A stretch of DNA of 26,418 nucleotides from positions 1 to 26,418 of the IMG/VR virus record IMGVR_UViG_3300043442_000426; one strand, given 5' to 3'. The stretch comes from a virus (taxonomy: Duplodnaviria; Caudoviricetes). Numbering within the stretch: the first letter of the stretch is position 1; every line of letters starts with the position of its first letter. The translations under genes were made by a program, and so were the position numbers. Below are positions 1 to 8,557 of the stretch, piece after piece. The notes under the pieces are model-generated. The model was given only the letters and a program-made list of their open reading frames with translations, was not told the DNA's origin and did no database searches.

Positions 1-2
1 GG

Positions 3-551
3 ATCGGTGGCGACCTCATCGGCACGAACCCCGCGGTCGGCAACACGCTCTTCGGCCTCAACCGCGCGGCGGACAAGGTTCGCTTCGGCGGCCAGGTGTC
101 GAACGCGGCTGGCCGCAACATGGTCGAGGCGCTTCAGGACCTTGAGGCGAACATCCTCTTTCAGGGCATGGGCTACCCGACGCACATCGTCGCGAACCCG
201 CTCGCCATCGGCAACCTCAAGAAGTCGGCGCTCTCGGACGTCATCCGCATCCCGGCGCAGGACCCGAAGCAGAACCTCAACTTCCAGGACATCGTGTTCG
301 TTGGCCAGAACGGCCCGATCCCGTTCATCCAGGATCCCTTCTGCCCGATGAACAAGGCGTACATGCTGAACCTCCCGACGTGGAGCATTAGCTGCGCGCC
401 TGGCGGCATGTTTCAGCTCGTCGACTTCGACGGCGTGACCGTTCTCCGCGACCCGCTCACGGACAACTACCAGTCGCGCTTCGCGTCGTACTACCAGATC
501 GGCTGCGACAACCCCGGCTCGAACGGCTTCCTCTACAACTGGGGCGCCTGA
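3..551 (+). CDS. Major capsid protein, C-terminal part (5' truncated by the window)
   Basis: Frame is open from base 3 (IGGDLIGTNPAVGNTLFGLNRAADKVRFGGQVSNAAGRNMVEAL...) to TGA 549-551. The FGLNR..D..R and C-terminal Y.QIGCDNPGSNG patterns resemble phage major capsid proteins, and the gene lies upstream of adaptor/tail genes. Confidence 0.75.
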   Translation: MGGDLIGTNPAVGNTLFGLNRAADKVRFGGQVSNAAGRNMVEALQDLEANILFQGMGYPTHIVANPLAIGNLKKSALSDVIRIPAQDPKQNLNFQDIVFVGQNGPIPFIQDPFCPMNKAYMLNLPTWSISCAPGGMFQLVDFDGVTVLRDPLTDNYQSRFASYYQIGCDNPGSNGFLYNWGA

Positions 552-572
552 TAGCCTGAAAGGGAGAACGCC

Positions 573-980
573 ATGGGTCCTTCTGCACTCCGGTCCCAAC
601 TGAGGACCAACATCCCGGGCGACACGCGCGTCAGCGGTCGCTTCAACACGGATGGCGTAAACGCGCCGTCTGTACTCGAAGGCAAGCGCTACGTCGTTGA
701 CCGCACCGGCACCGGCCTGTACCGCATCCGCTTCGGCAACTCGACGTCGGAGCTTACCCCCGTCCTCGGGCTGGTTGCCTGCTTCGCTACGCCTGTCGTG
801 GCGCTGCCCGCAACCAACCCGCGCTGGATCGTCGTCCAGAGCATCGTCACGAACGCAGACGGCACCATCGCTGGTGTCATCCTTGGGGCTCTCGACGCGG
901 CTGGCGCGCTCGCCGACCTCGCGACGGACGACGACATCTGCTTCGAGTGCATCGTTCGCGATACCGCGGTGACGGTGTGA
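573..980 (+). CDS. Hypothetical virion protein (possible capsid decoration/minor head protein), 135 aa
   Basis: RBS AAGGGAG upstream; strong C/G third-position bias; beta-rich sequence with RTGTGLYRI motif; directly after the capsid gene. Function is inferred from position only. Confidence 0.6.
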   Translation: MGPSALRSQLRTNIPGDTRVSGRFNTDGVNAPSVLEGKRYVVDRTGTGLYRIRFGNSTSELTPVLGLVACFATPVVALPATNPRWIVVQSIVTNADGTIAGVILGALDAAGALADLATDDDICFECIVRDTAVTV

Positions 981-1210
981 TGCGCGGCAAGGGCGGCAAG
1001 ATTGCCATCCTCCTCGGGATGAAACCCGGGGAGGGTGGTGACGACGAGGAAGAGGGTCCGTCCTCTTCCAAGATGGAAGGCCCTTCGCCCGACAAGGTGA
1101 AGATGTTCCGCAAGATGCGGAAGGCCTTCGAGATGGGAGACGATGAGGCAGGGGCGGAAGCCTTCGACGCGCTCGTTTCCATGTGCGGCGACTACGAAGA
1201 AGAAGACTGA
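980..1210 (+). CDS. Small acidic hypothetical protein, 76 aa (MRGKGGKIAILLGMKPGEGGDDEEEG...)
   Basis: ATG at 980 overlaps the upstream TGA (TGATG), so it is preferred to the track start at 947. Ends in tandem stops TGATAG. Confidence 0.65.
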   Translation: MRGKGGKIAILLGMKPGEGGDDEEEGPSSSKMEGPSPDKVKMFRKMRKAFEMGDDEAGAEAFDALVSMCGDYEEED

Positions 1211-1227
1211 TAGGCTAGGAGTTCACC

Positions 1228-2217
1228 ATGTCGCGTTCGAGGACTACTACCGACCTGCGGGCCGAGGTTCGTCAGCGGGCCGATATGGTGAACTCCGCCT
1301 TCGTTACGGACTGGGAGGTCGACCGGGCCGTCTCTCAGTCGTGGACGCAGCTCTACGAGCAAATGTGCTCGTCTGGCGAGGACTACTACCTCAAGTACGT
1401 CGACATCGCCGCGACGAATGGCGGCTTCTACGACTTCGCCCCGCTGAACACCTCCGTGCCAGGCCTGAAGGCTACGGACGTCTACCAGGTGCGCGGCGTC
1501 GACGCCGTGTACTCGGACGAGGTAGTCGTCAACGTGCCTCGGTTCAACTGGGAGGAGCGTAACATCTACGCGGCAACCCCTGCGCTGAACCCGTACTACC
1601 CGATCATCGCCTACCGCGTCATGCAGAACCCCGTGACGCAGCGCGATGCCATCCAGATCATCCCGGAGAACTCGAACGGGATTTCGTACTTGCGCGTCTG
1701 GTACTATCCCAGCGCCAAGGCTGTGGGCTACACGGCCACGGTCACGAATGGCGGCTCTGGCCTCACGGACGGCACCTACTACGAAGTACCCGTGCATGGC
1801 GGGGCCGGTGTCGGGATGACCGCAACGGTCGTCATCGCTGGCGGCGCCATCACCAGCGTCGTCATTACCGACTACACGAGCGGCTACACGGTGCCGTCGT
1901 GGGCCTTTGGGTTCAACCCGAACTCGGTGTATCCGACCTTCCCACCTGGCTATCAGACGAGCGTCGGCACCATCACGGTCGACTCGCTCGACGGCCGCAA
2001 CGGATGGGAAGAGTGGGTGGTCATCGACGCGGCCATCAAGCTCCTCGCGAAGGAGGAGAGCGACACTTCGCAGCTTGAGCGCGAGGCCGCTCGTGTCTGG
2101 AGTCGCATCACTACGGCGCTTCAGAACCGCGACGCTGGCCAGGCCAAGCGCATCACGGACGTCAGCTACAACACGGGCCTCTGGCCTTACTCCGCCAGCT
2201 ACGCCCGACGCTACTAG
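1228..2217 (+). CDS. Head-tail adaptor / tail tubular protein A-like, 329 aa, with a probable inserted domain
   Basis: RBS AGGAG. N-terminus (TTTDLRAEVRQRADMVNSAFVTDWEVDRAV) and C-terminus (DG.NGWEEWVVIDAAIK.L.KEESD...RDAG) are recognised as typical of podovirus-like adaptors; position lies between capsid and nozzle genes. Confidence 0.7.
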   Translation: MSRSRTTTDLRAEVRQRADMVNSAFVTDWEVDRAVSQSWTQLYEQMCSSGEDYYLKYVDIAATNGGFYDFAPLNTSVPGLKATDVYQVRGVDAVYSDEVVVNVPRFNWEERNIYAATPALNPYYPIIAYRVMQNPVTQRDAIQIIPENSNGISYLRVWYYPSAKAVGYTATVTNGGSGLTDGTYYEVPVHGGAGVGMTATVVIAGGAITSVVITDYTSGYTVPSWAFGFNPNSVYPTFPPGYQTSVGTITVDSLDGRNGWEEWVVIDAAIKLLAKEESDTSQLEREAARVWSRITTALQNRDAGQAKRITDVSYNTGLWPYSASYARRY

Positions 2218-2226
2218 GAGGTCGCC

Positions 2227-2646
2227 ATGCCGCAGCTCGACAAGCCGTCGCAGTACCTCACCCGCGACGCGAAGGACCCGCTCGTCAACGCCATGCAGGA
2301 CAGCCTGGCGCAGGCCACGAAGGCGCTCCGTCAGCAGCCTCCGCCGAAGCAGCTCGTGACGTCGCTCGGCCAGCAGACGCCCGACGCCGGCATTCAGTTC
2401 AAGCCCGGCCAGATCGTCGACATCCCGCACGCACTCGGCCGCAACGCAGCCGGCTTCAACATCGCCAAGGTCGTGACCGACACGCCGAACGCCTCCTCGG
2501 CTCCGTACGCCGCGCCGAACCTGCAAGTGGTTGAAGTTCCTGGGCCGCTCGGGCAAAAGATCATGCGGCTGCGCTACATCGCTCCCAAAGACGACAACGG
2601 GAACGACGTCACGACGCCGGTACGACTGCACCTGGAGATCTTCTGA
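2227..2646 (+). CDS. Hypothetical virion (neck/tail) protein, 139 aa
   Basis: RBS AGGAGG; IPHALGR motif is common in small phage structural proteins; TGATG-coupled to the next gene. Confidence 0.6.
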   Translation: MPQLDKPSQYLTRDAKDPLVNAMQDSLAQATKALRQQPPPKQLVTSLGQQTPDAGIQFKPGQIVDIPHALGRNAAGFNIAKVVTDTPNASSAPYAAPNLQVVEVPGPLGQKIMRLRYIAPKDDNGNDVTTPVRLHLEIF

Positions 2647-5600
2647 TGCCGACTCGTGATTCCATCGTCCAGGTTCCGTTCGTCGGCGGCATCGACCAGC
2701 ACACGGACCCGGACCAGCTCCAGCCGCCGAACATGGCGCGGCTCCAGAACTGCGTCGTCCGCAAGCCTGGTCGCATCGAGAAGCGCGCCGGGATGCACCT
2801 GCTCGCGCAGACTGGCACCACGAACACCCCCGCCACGGCCTTTGGAGGCACCGCCACGGTCCTTCCGTCCGACGCCGAGGCCATCGGCGCCAACGACGCG
2901 CAAGACGGCTCTAAGCTCCTCGTAGCGGCAGGAAGCACCCTGTTCGAGTACGTCGGCTCCGACGCCACGCACGGCTACCGTGAGGTGAACCGCATCCCGT
3001 CCTGCTACGGTACGCTGCATCCGGTCGACGCGACGGGTGGCGAGATCACCGAAGTCGAGTCGATGGTCAACGACGCCGGGACGCTGCGCTGCACCGCCTG
3101 GGTACTCGGCGCGCGCAACGGGCAAGACCTGACGAACGACAAGGCTATCCGCCAGCAGCCGGCCGGTACTCACGGTCTCTACGTCTCGGTGCAGCGCACG
3201 ACGGATGGATCGTTCGTTACGCCGCCTACGCGCATCCTCGACTCCGCCGGCGTCGCGACGGCGCAGGTGAGCGACATGCGCATGATGCTGTCGCTCGCAG
3301 ATGCGGGCACGACGCGCCACTGGGTCGTCGCGTTCCGGCGCGGCTACCAGGTCATCGAAGCGTTCGTCATTAACGCAACCGATGGTTCGCTCAAGGCGAC
3401 GCGCATCTTCACGGGTTTCCCGACGACGGCGTTCACGGGTCGTCCGTACTGGCGTGCGTTCGACATCACGAACGTCGCAGGCCGCAACTACTTCCTGTTT
3501 GCCTGGTGCGACAACGATGCGTCGCCTGCCTCGTCGGACGTCTATCTGCGCCTTGAGTCGTTTAACGCGACGACGGGCGTGTTCACGACGACGTTCACGA
3601 TGCCTGGCGGCGTCATCAGTAACGCCAACGCAAGCGGCTCGACCACGCTGAGCGTCCACGATTGGCAGCGCTACACGCCGCGCGGCGTCGTGCTGGAGAC
3701 GGACCCCATCGGCGTCAACGTGGCCATCGCTATCCGCATGGTCTACGAGCAGGACGCGGCGCCGTTCTACCTCGACGGCAAGTTCGTCGTGACGAACGCG
3801 AACTGCAACGGCGGGTCCATCGCGGTTAGTACCGACAACTTCGCCTGGCTGCATCGCGCTGGCTTCCAGACCGAGGACAACTTCTCGCTGTTCAAGCTCG
3901 GCGGGGCGGCTGGCGAGACGAAGTATAGTGGTTCGGCTAGCCGTGTGGCTCAATACATCGCGGCTATCACGTATTCTGCCAACTCGTCGAGGCAGCCAAT
4001 CGTAACGTCTGAGTTCCTGGACGGGTCAACGCAGCCGTATATGCTTGTCTACAAGGCGGCGTTTGCTGGCACGGGGGCGCAATACGATAACCCGTCAGTT
4101 TATACGGGTATTAATACTCCGACGATTGCTGCTTCAGGGAGGTATCCGCGTCCGCAGCACACGTACCCGGCAAGCAACACTGTTGGCGTATGGCACCCGA
4201 ACATCGGCGTTGCGCCGACGCTGGATACGGCTGTCATTGATCAGCGAAACGTAACAAGGGTGCAAATCCCACCTGGGGCAGCAGCGGTTGGATTTGCAAA
4301 CACCATTCAATACTGCCGCTTGTCTACTGGCGCTGGTGTCAAATGCCTCGCTGTCGTGGCGTTTGACGCCGGCGGCGTGCCAATTGAAGCGCAAGTGTAC
4401 GACGGACGTGGAGCCGCCAATGTGGCCGGCGCACCGGCCCTGGCAACTATCACTCAGCTTGAAACGCGCGCAAATCCATATACTGGAGCCTGGGGCGCCC
4501 CCGTGGCGGTGCCAGCCGGGACGCTTGAAGTGTTCGACGACTTCAACGATCCGCTACCGCTTACCCTGTCGTATGTGGCATTTAACGATATCGGCTCGAA
4601 CACGGACCCGTCTGCTCAGTCGATCGTGGAGACGAGCATTGGCGTAGAGCAGTGCGTGCATCGTTGGGATGTCACGAGCACTCTTGCCGGCGTCGTCTTG
4701 GCAGTGTCCTCGACTTCGGCGGCTACGTTCAGTGGCCCGAACGGCGACGCCCCGCTCGGCTACGTGAGCCCGTTCGCGCGGAGCAACTACTTCGAGGTCT
4801 ACCCGTGGCTGGTAGGCGCTCAGCTCCGTCGCGATCTCAACGACTACGCGACGACGGGCAGCAGCACTTCGAGACCGATCTGGTGCGCGCTCGGCGGCCC
4901 GTGGCGCATGATGAGCGGACTGGTCCGCATGAACGCGACGACGGAGCGCCTTGGCTGCGTCCTAACGCCTGCTGGCGACGACTACCAGCGCAGTGCGTTC
5001 TTCGTCTCGTTCACGAACGGCAACGCGACCGTCGCGACGGCGCTCGATCCTGTTGATAGCAACCCGATTCAGTACGCCGGCGGCGTCGTCTACACAAACA
5101 ACCAGGGTGTGTTCGTCGAGTCGATGAACATGGCCCGCATCGCAGCGGCACCTCTCAACTGCCCACGACTGACGTGGCAGCGCAGCGACACGACCATCAC
5201 CAAGTTTACCTGCGGAGCTATCCGGCAGGGCCAGAACGACGGTGGAAGCGAAGTGTTCGCGCTCGACTACACCACCCAGCCTGGCAACTGGCGCACACTG
5301 AAGCAGTGGGGCGACTACACCATCGTCAACGGCGGCATCTTGTCGGCCTACGACGGCAGCTCGTGCAACGAGGCGACGATGCTGCTTTGGCCGCAGGCTG
5401 ACCTGACGAGCATCGCGTACGACAGGTTGACATCTAAGCTGTATCAGGTGCAGCAGGACAGCACCAACCCGTACAGCGGCGATAAGCCAAACTTCGCGTT
5501 CTGGTACAACTTCAGCTACTCGTCTTACAGAAACGGGCCGCTCCTGTGGGGTATCACGCGCCCATGGTTCGCATACGAAGCTGGGTTCAACAGCGCCACT

Positions 5601-7694
5601 GGGAACATCCCGGCCGCAAACAGTCTTGGCGTCATCACCATTGGCTCGCCCGCATGGGGAAACATGTCGACGGCGTGGGGTGGCGACCCTACAAAGGACT
5701 ATCAGGCTGTTTATATCGACCCTCGCTTTCAACAGGTGCAGGGGCGCGCGCAGCAGGCGGCTGGAGTCGGAGCTAATGACCTGTCGATGCAGCACTACTA
5801 TGGCCGTTTCCAGAGCGGCTATTCTGCGTACAACGTCACGCTAGACGCTACGGCTGGGAGCAAGGCGTTCCTTGTGAACTGGGCACCGAGGAAGGCGGCA
5901 GTTGACGGAAGCACTGCGCCTGCAAATCAGTATCAACCAGGAAATCGCTACGAGCCGTTGGTGGCGAACGGCGACTTCCTTGTTCGTTGGTGCTACGAGG
6001 CGGTCGACGGGACGGGCCGCGTCGTCCGCAGCGCGCCGAGCCAGGCCACAGCATTTTCTATCTGCGCGACGATCAGTTACACCAAGGCCGTCTCTTCAAT
6101 GCAGAATGAGCCAAACCCTGGCGGCGTCGTGGACGAGTATCGCTACGGCTTCTACGTGCCTCGGCTTGAGCTGACGAACCGCCTCAAGACTGCGGTCGCC
6201 GACTCCAAGCGTACGGTGCTTCAGCCGTACTTCACCGCGGAGCCGTTCGCGACGGTGTTCTACCGTGTGCCGTTCTCGAACTTCCTCCCGGAGTACAAGA
6301 ACGACTTCACCATCAGCCGCAACACGACGCGCGGCGTCGTGCCGTACTCGGCCGCCAACGCGGGTGGCGCTGGGGCGAATCCGTACGGCCTCGTCACGAA
6401 CAACTTCAAGTGCTTCGACGGTCCGCAGGGCGACTACAACGGCCTGCTCTCGCAGCCGTTCCTCTACACGACGGGCGGCGTGCTCGACAACGTGCCGCCT
6501 CCTAGCGCGCTCTGCATGACCGTGCATCAGAACCGCCTCGTGGCGGGCGGCGCGGACGACGCGACGGTCGTGTGGTTCTCGAAGGAGCTGTCGCCGACCG
6601 ACGCCCCTGGCTTCAACGACGCGCTCACCATCCAGATCGAGGACGGCGGCCCCGTCACTGGCCTCGCGAGCCTGGAGAGCGTGCTGGTCATCTTCAAGCA
6701 GAACATGACCTTCATCGTCCCCGGCGACATGCCAGACGACGCTGGCGGCGCCATCAACCGCGGCTACGTCTCGAACACGCTCGGTACGCCCGTGCGCATG
6801 CCGCACGGCATTGGCTGCATCGATCACCGCAGCGTCGTCGAGACGCCGGTCGGCGTGTTCTTCCAGTCGGCGCGCACCATCGAACTGCTCGCCCGCGACA
6901 TGAGCATTACGCCGGTCGGGCTGAAGCTCGACGACAGCCTGAAGCAGCTCGGCAACATCGTGTCGGCGGCGCACAACGCGCGCGACAACGAAGTCTGGTT
7001 CGTCTTTAAGGCGGACGGGGCAAGCCAGGTTGACTGGGCCACGTACAACTACCTGACCGACACCTGGTCCACGCACAGCCTCGGCCCCTGGACGACGACG
7101 GTGCGCACGCCGTCAGCCGTGACGATGGTCGGCAACGTGCCGCACATGATGGCGCGCTACATCCCGACTGTCGGGACCAGCCAGACCATCATCTTCCGGC
7201 AAAGCGACGCTACGTTCTTCGACGTTGGCCCGAACGCCACCAACAACGGTCGACTCTACGTGCCGATGTCCTGGCAGACGGCGCCCATCGCCATGAACCA
7301 GATCCAGGGCTACCAGCGCCTCAAGCGCATCCGAGTCTTCGGCAGCCCCATCCCGACGACGAGCACGGGCGCTCCTGCCACGAGGGAGGCCCATGGCGCG
7401 TCTTTCACGCTCCAGACCGACTACGCCAGCACCGGGCTCAACAACGGCCTGCAAACGGCATCCTGGACGGAAGCAGAGGCCACTGCGGTCTACGCCGACC
7501 AGAACCGTGAGGTGTACGAGGTTCACGTCGCGGAGCAGAAAGGCCAGAAGCTCACGCTCTCGTACGCCGAAACGGCGCCGGCAAGCATCACCGGGCTCAC
7601 GCACGGGTACGGCACCGCTTTCTCTAACCTCGCTCTGATCGTCGGCTTGAAGAGCGGCCTCGATAAGCGTATCACCAGCGGAGCCAAGCATTAG
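2646..7694 (+). CDS. Tail nozzle / tail tubular protein B-like (analogue of T7 gp12 or P22 gp10), 1682 aa
   Basis: N-terminal F.GGID..TD...L.N.....G.IEKR.G pattern; C-terminal propeller-like blades (HQNRLV.G, VWFSKE, GPVTGLASL..VLVIFK, GIGCIDHRSVVETPVGVFFQS). Located between the adaptor and internal virion genes. Confidence 0.7.
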   Translation: MPTRDSIVQVPFVGGIDQHTDPDQLQPPNMARLQNCVVRKPGRIEKRAGMHLLAQTGTTNTPATAFGGTATVLPSDAEAIGANDAQDGSKLLVAAGSTLFEYVGSDATHGYREVNRIPSCYGTLHPVDATGGEITEVESMVNDAGTLRCTAWVLGARNGQDLTNDKAIRQQPAGTHGLYVSVQRTTDGSFVTPPTRILDSAGVATAQVSDMRMMLSLADAGTTRHWVVAFRRGYQVIEAFVINATDGSLKATRIFTGFPTTAFTGRPYWRAFDITNVAGRNYFLFAWCDNDASPASSDVYLRLESFNATTGVFTTTFTMPGGVISNANASGSTTLSVHDWQRYTPRGVVLETDPIGVNVAIAIRMVYEQDAAPFYLDGKFVVTNANCNGGSIAVSTDNFAWLHRAGFQTEDNFSLFKLGGAAGETKYSGSASRVAQYIAAITYSANSSRQPIVTSEFLDGSTQPYMLVYKAAFAGTGAQYDNPSVYTGINTPTIAASGRYPRPQHTYPASNTVGVWHPNIGVAPTLDTAVIDQRNVTRVQIPPGAAAVGFANTIQYCRLSTGAGVKCLAVVAFDAGGVPIEAQVYDGRGAANVAGAPALATITQLETRANPYTGAWGAPVAVPAGTLEVFDDFNDPLPLTLSYVAFNDIGSNTDPSAQSIVETSIGVEQCVHRWDVTSTLAGVVLAVSSTSAATFSGPNGDAPLGYVSPFARSNYFEVYPWLVGAQLRRDLNDYATTGSSTSRPIWCALGGPWRMMSGLVRMNATTERLGCVLTPAGDDYQRSAFFVSFTNGNATVATALDPVDSNPIQYAGGVVYTNNQGVFVESMNMARIAAAPLNCPRLTWQRSDTTITKFTCGAIRQGQNDGGSEVFALDYTTQPGNWRTLKQWGDYTIVNGGILSAYDGSSCNEATMLLWPQADLTSIAYDRLTSKLYQVQQDSTNPYSGDKPNFAFWYNFSYSSYRNGPLLWGITRPWFAYEAGFNSATGNIPAANSLGVITIGSPAWGNMSTAWGGDPTKDYQAVYIDPRFQQVQGRAQQAAGVGANDLSMQHYYGRFQSGYSAYNVTLDATAGSKAFLVNWAPRKAAVDGSTAPANQYQPGNRYEPLVANGDFLVRWCYEAVDGTGRVVRSAPSQATAFSICATISYTKAVSSMQNEPNPGGVVDEYRYGFYVPRLELTNRLKTAVADSKRTVLQPYFTAEPFATVFYRVPFSNFLPEYKNDFTISRNTTRGVVPYSAANAGGAGANPYGLVTNNFKCFDGPQGDYNGLLSQPFLYTTGGVLDNVPPPSALCMTVHQNRLVAGGADDATVVWFSKELSPTDAPGFNDALTIQIEDGGPVTGLASLESVLVIFKQNMTFIVPGDMPDDAGGAINRGYVSNTLGTPVRMPHGIGCIDHRSVVETPVGVFFQSARTIELLARDMSITPVGLKLDDSLKQLGNIVSAAHNARDNEVWFVFKADGASQVDWATYNYLTDTWSTHSLGPWTTTVRTPSAVTMVGNVPHMMARYIPTVGTSQTIIFRQSDATFFDVGPNATNNGRLYVPMSWQTAPIAMNQIQGYQRLKRIRVFGSPIPTTSTGAPATREAHGASFTLQTDYASTGLNNGLQTASWTEAEATAVYADQNREVYEVHVAEQKGQKLTLSYAETAPASITGLTHGYGTAFSNLALIVGLKSGLDKRITSGAKH

Positions 7695-7702
7695 GAGTAG
7701 CC

Positions 7703-8557
7703 ATGGCGATCGATCCAGTTTCTCTCGGGACAGCGGCAGGCGTAAACCTGCTCGCGCCGGTCGTCGCGAAGGGCATCGGCGGCCTGTTTGGCCTGGACGA
7801 GCCGAGCGAGGAAGAGCGCCGCGCGGCAGCGCGTCGGCAGGAAGCCATCGACCGGCTCACGGCGGAGGCTGAGGGCCGTACGGCTTCTCCGGCGCAGCTC
7901 GCGGCGCTCGCGCAGCAGCAGCGCACGCAGCAGGCGCTCGCCAGCCTCGCGCAGCGTGGCAACGTGCAGCAGCGTGCGGGCAACGTGCGCGCGGCCATGC
8001 AGGCGGCTCCCGAAGTCATGGCGCAGCAGGGCGCCGTGGCAGCGCAGACGCGCGCCGAAGAGATGGCCCGCGCTCGCAACGCTCTCGCGCAAGCGCAGAT
8101 GGGCGTGGCGACGCAAGAGGCTGCCCAGGGCGCCGCTCGTCGCGAGTACATGCAACGCCTTGTTGGCGCAGGCATCCAAGGTGCGGCTGGCGTCGCAGGC
8201 GAGGCGTTCACTCGCAGCCCGACCGACCAGACTCCGGCAAACAAGCTGTCCGAGGCGGAGGCGCAAGCGTACAACGCGGAACAGTCTGCGCTGCGAGGAC
8301 CGGGTGGGCAGGCGAGGTATCAGACTGGCGGAACTACTGCTGATGCTGGCGCTGCATTTCAAGCCAACAGCGAGCGATTGCAGCGAGAGGCGCAGCGCGC
8401 GTCGGGCCAGCCGCTTGCGCTAGGTGGGCTTGAACCGATCGCCACTGGAGTTCAGGCTGCCGGCCGCCAGGCACTTCAGCTAGGGACGTCCATCCCCAAG
8501 ATCGGGGCATCGTTCCTTCAACGGCTTGGCACCCCGCGCGGAATGAGAGGTATGTGA
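7703..8557 (+). CDS. Internal virion / DNA ejection-like protein 1, 284 aa
   Basis: RBS AGGAG; N-terminal glycine-rich hydrophobic segment (LGTAAGVNLLAPVVAKGIGGLFG) followed by Ala/Gln-rich helical sequence; follows the nozzle gene as in podoviruses. Confidence 0.6.
   Translation: MAIDPVSLGTAAGVNLLAPVVAKGIGGLFGLDEPSEEERRAAARRQEAIDRLTAEAEGRTASPAQLAALAQQQRTQQALASLAQRGNVQQRAGNVRAAMQAAPEVMAQQGAVAAQTRAEEMARARNALAQAQMGVATQEAAQGAARREYMQRLVGAGIQGAAGVAGEAFTRSPTDQTPANKLSEAEAQAYNAEQSALRGPGGQARYQTGGTTADAGAAFQANSERLQREAQRASGQPLALGGLEPIATGVQAAGRQALQLGTSIPKIGASFLQRLGTPRGMRGM

Noticed and set aside
3925-6125. Inteins or introns explaining the nozzle insertions
   Set aside because: No intein C/S...HN-C/S/T ends or LAGLIDADG motifs seen, and the frame is uninterrupted.
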